Source of the DNA: an uncultured Gammaproteobacteria bacterium
Lineage (GTDB): Bacteria; Patescibacteriota; Microgenomatia; Daviesbacterales; UBA10151
Assembly: GCA_964392925.1 (NCBI GenBank)
Contig: CAYMRP010000001.1
Coordinates: forward strand, 51,945-115,944
Direction: 5' to 3'
Length of the DNA: 64,000 bases
Shown here piece by piece: positions 58,623 to 64,000 of this stretch; positions within the stretch are counted from its first letter, which is position 1; the number at the start of each line of letters is the position of its first letter. The notes beneath the pieces were generated by a model. It saw nothing but the letters and a program-made list of their open reading frames with translations. It was not told the origin of the DNA and searched no databases. Both the position numbers and the translations under genes were made by a program.

Positions 58623-60324
58623 TTACAAAAATTGTAGTTTCAATCTGTTCAATACCCGCAGTTTTAGTAAGGGTTGTTAGGAAAGTTTGGAGCGCTGGCT
58701 GCTTTAATGGCGTAAAGCTCTCTGGATTAAATTTAACAATACCAATACCTTTTTCCCTCATAAGCGTAACGAATTGTTCGCTATTATTCTGTTCAATGTT
58801 TAGATTTACCTTTTGAGAAAGTTCGCTTATTGAGGGCAAATCATAACCGCTATATCCGTTAAACATTGGACAGTTATGAACAGTAGATGATAGTTGTGAT
58901 TTAGTAATATAACTTAGCCCTTCAGCGATATTATTTCCCGCCTCCAAATGAGTAACCGGAATTTCCAAGAGCATCTTTTTCTGATTAAGACAAAGATCCT
59001 GGACAGTGAAAGTTCTATCATCATAATAACTTTCCGCAGTCGATTTTAGGTTAAGTGGAATAAATTCTAAAATCAGAAACATAAAAACCAAAACATAAAT
59101 CACATTCGAATTTCTCCCTTTAGCCAATTTTTGCAGTCCAATTAACGAAAAGAATATTAAACCAAAATACAGTAAATAACTCCATCTTGCCGAAACTCTT
59201 ACTGATTCAAAAAGAGGGACAATCTTCATTATAATTGTATATGGCAAAGGAATTTGAGCATAAGTCCCATTAAAATTAAGCCGCGGCCCTAAAGAAAAAA
59301 TAAATCCCGTCAAAGCAGTTGTCAGGAAAAAAGCTTTATTCCAATCAAGCGTCATAAATAATGAGAGTCCTAATTTCTCCCTTTTAATACTAAATAACCC
59401 AATCGTACTTAGTATAATTATCAGAAATCCGGGAAAAGCAGCATGGCCGCCCCAGCCATTCTTATTAAATGAATTCCACTTTTCAAGCGGACTTAAATTA
59501 TATAAAAGAGAATTAACTGAAAAAGAAAACACATAATCACTAAGGCTGGCAGAATAAGTAATATACTCTCCGATATCTCTTTGGACATCATAGTAATTCT
59601 TCATATCAAAGTATCCCTTTATAAAAATTCCGGAAGTTACAATAAATGTCACCAGGATAATCAAAACCCCACTTACTTGAATATTTAAATTCTTACGATT
59701 CAAAAATTTAACAAAGAAATAAATACTTATAGCAGTCAGCAAATATACCGACAAATAAACACTCGAAAGAAATTGAACGGTTACAAATAAACCGCATAGT
59801 GCATATGTTTTTAGAGACCTATTCTCCGCAGTCTTAAATAGAAAATACAAACTAAAGAAAAATGGCCAATAACTCAACATTTGAAAGTGACTGATATTTA
59901 AATGAAAGAATGGCGAGAAAATAAATAACACTGCTCCTAAAAATGCCAGAATATTATTCTTAAATATAATCCTCCAAAATAAAAATAGTGAAAAGTAGTT
60001 CAAAATAAAAGTCAGAATAAAAACTATATTAAAAGTTAAAATTAAATTTTTAGTTATTAAGTAAAAGGGTAAAGCCATAATCGACTGAGGCAATAATAAA
60101 TCTGAAAACAAAAGCGAGTAGGGGTTTGGATAAAAAGCTGTCGTATTAAAAAAATTTGCAAAATCCAAACTAACAATTTTTGAAACATTCTGAAAAATAA
60201 TCCACACCATTAAGGCATAATCCCGCCAATCTATAAGATTAGTATCAAGATTAAATATTAGTGACCTAAAAACAAACAAAAGTAATACTAAAAAAACCAG
60301 AAAATATATGAGAGTGCTTTTCAC
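58609..60324 (-). CDS. Polytopic membrane protein (571 aa), probable GT-C glycosyltransferase
   Basis: At least 13 TM segments. An acidic loop motif (NLIDWRDYALMVW) follows TM1. The 3' end overlaps the convergent GT4 gene by 14 nt. Confidence 0.45.
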   Translation of the reverse strand: MKSTLIYFLVFLVLLLFVFRSLIFNLDTNLIDWRDYALMVWIIFQNVSKIVSLDFANFFNTTAFYPNPYSLLFSDLLLPQSIMALPFYLITKNLILTFNIVFILTFILNYFSLFLFWRIIFKNNILAFLGAVLFIFSPFFHLNISHFQMLSYWPFFFSLYFLFKTAENRSLKTYALCGLFVTVQFLSSVYLSVYLLTAISIYFFVKFLNRKNLNIQVSGVLIILVTFIVTSGIFIKGYFDMKNYYDVQRDIGEYITYSASLSDYVFSFSVNSLLYNLSPLEKWNSFNKNGWGGHAAFPGFLIIILSTIGLFSIKREKLGLSLFMTLDWNKAFFLTTALTGFIFSLGPRLNFNGTYAQIPLPYTIIMKIVPLFESVRVSARWSYLLYFGLIFFSLIGLQKLAKGRNSNVIYVLVFMFLILEFIPLNLKSTAESYYDDRTFTVQDLCLNQKKMLLEIPVTHLEAGNNIAEGLSYITKSQLSSTVHNCPMFNGYSGYDLPSISELSQKVNLNIEQNNSEQFVTLMREKGIGIVKFNPESFTPLKQPALQTFLTTLTKTAGIEQIETTIFVIKGN

Positions 60325-60405
60325 TCTTCTAGAATAATTCTCTATTAGTTTTTAAGCAATACTGCTAAATGTAAAAAAGTAAATTTACTGATATTATTAT
60401 CTACA

Positions 60406-62049
60406 GTGAAAATTAAAAATTTCAAACTAAATTATCTGCTTGTTGCAGCCTGCTTTGCTCTATTCATCCTGCTTCTTTTAAAGAATCCTTTTTCAACTCG
60501 TAATCTAATTGGGAATCTTGAGCCTTATCCCGATACCATCCACTACTTATCTCCCGCAATAAATTTTACGAACGGGGAAGGATTTTATATCGAGCGGGGA
60601 GGAAGAATTAAGAATCCAAATGTCCCTTTGCTATATTCTGTTTCTCTTATGCCGGTCTTTCTCTTTACAGACGACCCCAGAGCCTTCTATTTGGTTAATA
60701 TTTTCCTGGCATTACTCAGTCTAGGTTTTCTTTATAAAATTTCATCTAAAATTTTTTCCAATTCCTACATAACTTTCATCGTGATGTTTCTTTATATAAC
60801 TAATTATTTTGTTTATTGGTATCCAAATCTGGCTATGGCGGAGAATTTAATAATACCGATATTTTTGGGATCAGTTTGGCTTTTACTTGAGAAAGTATCA
60901 ATCCGAAATGTTTTAATTGCCGGATTCTTAGTTGTCAGTTTTTATGCCACCAAATATGCAACGATTCCCTTATCATTCTCACTCTTTCTTCTTTATGGCC
61001 TAAAACTTCTGATCGGTGAAAAAAATAACCGGCTAAAATACCTCTCTATATTTTTAATTTGGGTCACCGGACTCTTTTCCGCATTTGCTCTTTTCGAATA
61101 TCTGACAAAAGGCTTCAATATATTGAATTCTTTTGGCTCACTATATTCTCTAATTTTTTCCGGTGTAATTACTGGTGTTAATTCAGGTGAATCAGCTCCT
61201 TCTAATCCTTGGTTTTCGCTCAAATATCTCTCATCAAACTTAAATATTTATCTTGATGCAATTACTGGAAGTCCAATGAGATTTCTGTGGGACAGCACTC
61301 CACTGGTTCCTAAATTTGTAGGCATCTTCGGAATATCAGCACTTATATTTGGTCTATTCACCAAAAAGTTTAGATACCTTTCTTTCTCTCTCTTATTGTT
61401 CCTCTTCAGCCAAATTCTTTTTATGTCGACTTTTTATAGCACTGATGCTAGATATATTTATCACGCAATACCGCTGCTGCTTATTAGTTTTGGCTTATTT
61501 CTCAAGTTTCTCAGCGACTTAATCCGCAGGCTCTCTCCTAATAAAGGTCACCTTATATTTTATTCAATCCTCATCCTTATATTTGCAGGTTATCTTTTAA
61601 CAAGTGCCTATCGAATTAAATATCAAGTAGCCTTAAATCTTAAACACACCGAATCTCCTTGGTACTATATTTCTGTAGATGAAGCAAATAAATATTTTGA
61701 TACTTTGCCAAAAACAGATAAAAAACCTATTTTAATAACCGCTCTGCCTCCTTATTATGTCGATTATTTCTCAAAAGACAGATATACTCTTTTGCCGCTC
61801 TCATTAAGCCAAGAATTCCAAAAAGAAATGCCAGTTACTTGGGGTGATCACAATTTTACCGATCTGTTAGCGCTTTACAGTAGCTATATGAATAATGGTT
61901 ATTCTCTTTATATCTCCAATTACGGGTTAGGCAACGAAGATCATCTTCATAAAGATTTTGATAAAATCAAAGCCGCATTTAATATAGAGAAAGTCCACGA
62001 AGGTTGTTTTAATGCTTGTAACATTTTTAAATTGAATCCACCTCAATGA
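60406..62049 (+). CDS. Polytopic membrane protein (547 aa), probable GT-C glycosyltransferase
   Basis: About 12 TM segments with a C-terminal soluble domain of about 150 aa. Confidence 0.45.
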   Translation: MKIKNFKLNYLLVAACFALFILLLLKNPFSTRNLIGNLEPYPDTIHYLSPAINFTNGEGFYIERGGRIKNPNVPLLYSVSLMPVFLFTDDPRAFYLVNIFLALLSLGFLYKISSKIFSNSYITFIVMFLYITNYFVYWYPNLAMAENLIIPIFLGSVWLLLEKVSIRNVLIAGFLVVSFYATKYATIPLSFSLFLLYGLKLLIGEKNNRLKYLSIFLIWVTGLFSAFALFEYLTKGFNILNSFGSLYSLIFSGVITGVNSGESAPSNPWFSLKYLSSNLNIYLDAITGSPMRFLWDSTPLVPKFVGIFGISALIFGLFTKKFRYLSFSLLLFLFSQILFMSTFYSTDARYIYHAIPLLLISFGLFLKFLSDLIRRLSPNKGHLIFYSILILIFAGYLLTSAYRIKYQVALNLKHTESPWYYISVDEANKYFDTLPKTDKKPILITALPPYYVDYFSKDRYTLLPLSLSQEFQKEMPVTWGDHNFTDLLALYSSYMNNGYSLYISNYGLGNEDHLHKDFDKIKAAFNIEKVHEGCFNACNIFKLNPPQ

Positions 62050-63185
62050 TCAAAGTGCTAAAAATCCTCATCACCTGGAGATTACTGCTTTTTATACCTG
62101 TTATTCTTTCTCAATATCTATTAAATTACGGCACTTCTGTCCCTTTCTTTGAAATAACTTTTTATAAAGATTTACCTAAATATTTAGACTATCCATTCTT
62201 AACCGCTTGGGCAAATTTTGATGGTGTCCACTATTTAAATATCGCTTCTGACGGTTATGAAAGTGCCGGTAGATTCTTCCCCTTTTTTCCGCTGATCCTC
62301 TGGATCTTTAGTATGGGAAATATATATTTCCCTTTAACATTTATTATCTCTTTGATTATTCCTAACATAATTTTTATTCTCGCAGTTTATATATTTCTAA
62401 AACTGCTAAGGTTGGATTATTCAGAAAAAGTCTCTTGGCAGGCATTCTTATATTTAATAATTTTTCCCACCTCATTCTTTTTTATATCCGTCTATAGCGA
62501 AGGAATTTTTCTTCTCCTAACTCTTTTAAGTTTTTATTTGATGAGAAAAAAGCAGTGGTACTTGGCTGCCTTAACTGCCATGCTTTTATCAGGAACTAGA
62601 CTCGTTGGTCTGGTTATAATCCCCGCACTAGTATTTGAATATATTATTATCGTAAAACCCCGCGACTTCAAAGCATTTTTCACACTCGCTCATTTGACTT
62701 TTATATCTTCTCTCGGCCTTGTTGGATACTCTGTCTTTAGTTTTCTTCATTGGGGAGATTTCCTCCATTTTCTTAATGCCCAAGGCGAGCTTAATAATGG
62801 ACGTAGCACCTCTTCCCTTATTTTTCCTCTTCAAACAATTTATCGTTATTTCAAAATACTAACTACTTTACCAATAAGTTTATTTGAGTGGTGGGTAGCA
62901 CTCCTGGAACTCGCCTCATTTATTTATGGAGCCTTCTTCTTACTTCTGGCTTGGAGACGAAAAGCGAGACTCTCTTATTTAATATTTGGTGCACTCGCAT
63001 TTTTAGTGCCTTCTCTTAGTGGAACATTCTCCGGATTGCCCCGCTATCTTATTGTGATTTTCCCTATCTTTATTGCTATGGCCCAAATCAAATCCAATAA
63101 ATTTAAAAACTTATATTATCTGATCTCTGCATCTCTGTTATTCTTGTTAATGATGTATTTCACAATGGCATACTATATCTCATGA
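62046..63185 (+). CDS. Polytopic membrane protein, putative GT-C glycosyltransferase (PIG-V/GT87-like); paralog of 12303-13457
   Basis: 379 aa. It shares WANFDGVHY and FSGLPRYLIVIFP with the 12303 ORF. Confidence 0.55.
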   Translation: MIKVLKILITWRLLLFIPVILSQYLLNYGTSVPFFEITFYKDLPKYLDYPFLTAWANFDGVHYLNIASDGYESAGRFFPFFPLILWIFSMGNIYFPLTFIISLIIPNIIFILAVYIFLKLLRLDYSEKVSWQAFLYLIIFPTSFFFISVYSEGIFLLLTLLSFYLMRKKQWYLAALTAMLLSGTRLVGLVIIPALVFEYIIIVKPRDFKAFFTLAHLTFISSLGLVGYSVFSFLHWGDFLHFLNAQGELNNGRSTSSLIFPLQTIYRYFKILTTLPISLFEWWVALLELASFIYGAFFLLLAWRRKARLSYLIFGALAFLVPSLSGTFSGLPRYLIVIFPIFIAMAQIKSNKFKNLYYLISASLLFLLMMYFTMAYYIS

Positions 63186-64000
63186 TTATTTTAATTATCT
63201 CCATCGGACTAATTCTTAGGTTAATAAATTTAAATCAAAGTTTTTGGCTCGATGAAGCTATCTCTGCGCTCGCCGCCCGTGATTTTTCTTATTATTCTAT
63301 AACTTTTGAATTTCTTAAAATCGATAATCATCCACCTCTTTTCTATTTACTTCTTAAGTTTTGGGGACAACTTTTCGGCTTCACTGATTGGATTCTTAGA
63401 ATATTACCGGTAATTATGGGAACGGTTCTAATCTACGTCATTTATAAAATTTCTTTATTACTTACCACCAATAAAAAAATCGCTTTAACATCCGCACTGC
63501 TGGTTTCTACCTCTCCGCTTCTGGTTTATTACTCGCAAGAAGTTAGAATGTATATTCTAATCTCGCTTCTTTGTGCACTTCAAATTTATTCATTCCTTAA
63601 TTTAGTAAAAAAACAGAAATTTTGGAAATGGTCTCTTTTCTCTTCACTAACCGTACTTATTTTCTTCTCAGATTATATTACTGTTTTCTTCCTACCCATC
63701 TTTTTCTTATATCCTCTTCTAATAAAAGATAAACAATTATTTATTAGAGTATTGTTAGCTTTTATTCCACTCTTAGTGATATTTGGTTCTTGGTCTCCGA
63801 TGTTTAATGAACAACTATTAAAGAATAAGAATATTGTTGATTCTTTCCCCGGTTGGCAATATGTAGTCGGCGGTGCAACATTCAAGAATCTGGCTGTTAT
63901 CTGGATGAAATTTGTTTTCGGCAGAATTTCTTTTGATCCAAAACTTCTCTATTACAGTCTTGTCGCAATTGCTTCAGTCCCAATTTTACTTGGCTTGTTT
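63182..64000 (+). CDS. ArnT/PMT-like GT-C glycosyltransferase; N-terminal 273 codons only, 3' end beyond the window
   Basis: I checked by hand that the frame is open from ATG at 63182 (ATGA overlap with the upstream stop) to the window end. It reads MIILIISIGLILRLINLNQSFWLDEAISALAARDF ... with the first-loop WLDEA acidic motif. Confidence 0.6.
   Translation, partial: MIILIISIGLILRLINLNQSFWLDEAISALAARDFSYYSITFEFLKIDNHPPLFYLLLKFWGQLFGFTDWILRILPVIMGTVLIYVIYKISLLLTTNKKIALTSALLVSTSPLLVYYSQEVRMYILISLLCALQIYSFLNLVKKQKFWKWSLFSSLTVLIFFSDYITVFFLPIFFLYPLLIKDKQLFIRVLLAFIPLLVIFGSWSPMFNEQLLKNKNIVDSFPGWQYVVGGATFKNLAVIWMKFVFGRISFDPKLLYYSLVAIASVPILLGLF

Noticed and set aside
1445-63885. About 30 short ORFs (61-128 aa) in the six-frame track, antisense to or nested inside long CDS. 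Examples are 1445-1660(-), 4847-5134(+), 10238-10597(-), 23440-23727(+), 37340-37555(+), 41660-42046(+), 45425-45628(-), 53637-53831(+) and 62628-62834(-).
   Set aside because: All lie wholly within well-supported longer genes on the other strand or in another frame. Their compositions are odd (Ser/Arg/Cys-rich translations of AT-rich antisense sequence) and they have no motifs. I treat them as spurious.
1-64000. A recoded genetic code (TGA as Gly, as in some CPR lineages).
   Set aside because: TGA is used as a stop at several well-defined gene junctions (ATGA overlaps at 3903 and 63182; TGA ends genes such as 62046-63185). TAA and TAG are also used. The standard code fits.
1-64000. Searched for tRNA/rRNA genes, CRISPR arrays and intrinsic terminator hairpins.
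   Set aside because: Coding density is about 98%. The only non-coding gaps are six short divergent promoter regions. None shows a cloverleaf-like structure, regularly spaced direct repeats, or a GC-rich hairpin followed by a T-run.

Overview
This 64-kb window has low GC (about 33-37% by eye) and is almost entirely protein-coding. I found no rRNA, tRNA, CRISPR array, transposase or integrase anywhere in it. The genes are packed very tightly: many same-strand neighbours overlap by 4-26 nt, and several convergent gene pairs abut or overlap at their 3' ends. Taken together it is one very large surface-glycan / glycosylation island with about 57 CDS.

Main contents:
- At least 13 polytopic membrane proteins of the GT-C fold with ArnT/PMT-like (GT39/GT83-type) first-loop acidic motifs. 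Six of them lie head-to-tail at 483-10415, and another begins at 63182 and runs off the window.
- Two small GT2 enzymes that look like polyprenyl-phosphate sugar synthases (one with a DUF2304-like membrane partner), plus four further GT2, two GT4 and one GT11 alpha-1,2-fucosyltransferase.
- GDP-L-fucose synthase (Fcl-like).
- A complete GDP-D-glycero-alpha-D-manno-heptose pathway (GmhA, HddA, and a fused HddC-GmhB), together with three SDR epimerase/reductases, an NDP-sugar C-methyltransferase and an acyltransferase-3.
- An amino-sugar / nonulosonic-acid block: a PseB/FnlA-like UDP-GlcNAc 4,6-dehydratase, a NeuC-family hydrolysing 2-epimerase, a NeuB-family synthase, a CMP-sugar cytidylyltransferase fused to an SDR, three Gfo/Idh/MocA oxidoreductases, and a WbpG/WbuX-type amidotransferase with its HisH/HisF-like partners (acetamidino-sugar formation).
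- Six methyltransferase-like genes.
- Two glycan export routes: a Wzx-type flippase and a Wzm/Wzt ABC-2 exporter.

The gene overlaps, weak Shine-Dalgarno usage and GT39 expansion suggest a Candidate Phyla Radiation (Patescibacteria, e.g. Microgenomates-like) bacterium. That is inference only. Stop codons TGA, TAA and TAG are all used, so the standard genetic code applies.

One locus, 45420-46672, stands out. It is clearly GC- and Ala/Gly/Arg-richer than everything around it, and it encodes a roughly 415-aa protein that is split by a 1-nt frameshift at a G4 run.

All functional calls below come from reading motifs in the supplied translations. No database search was run.
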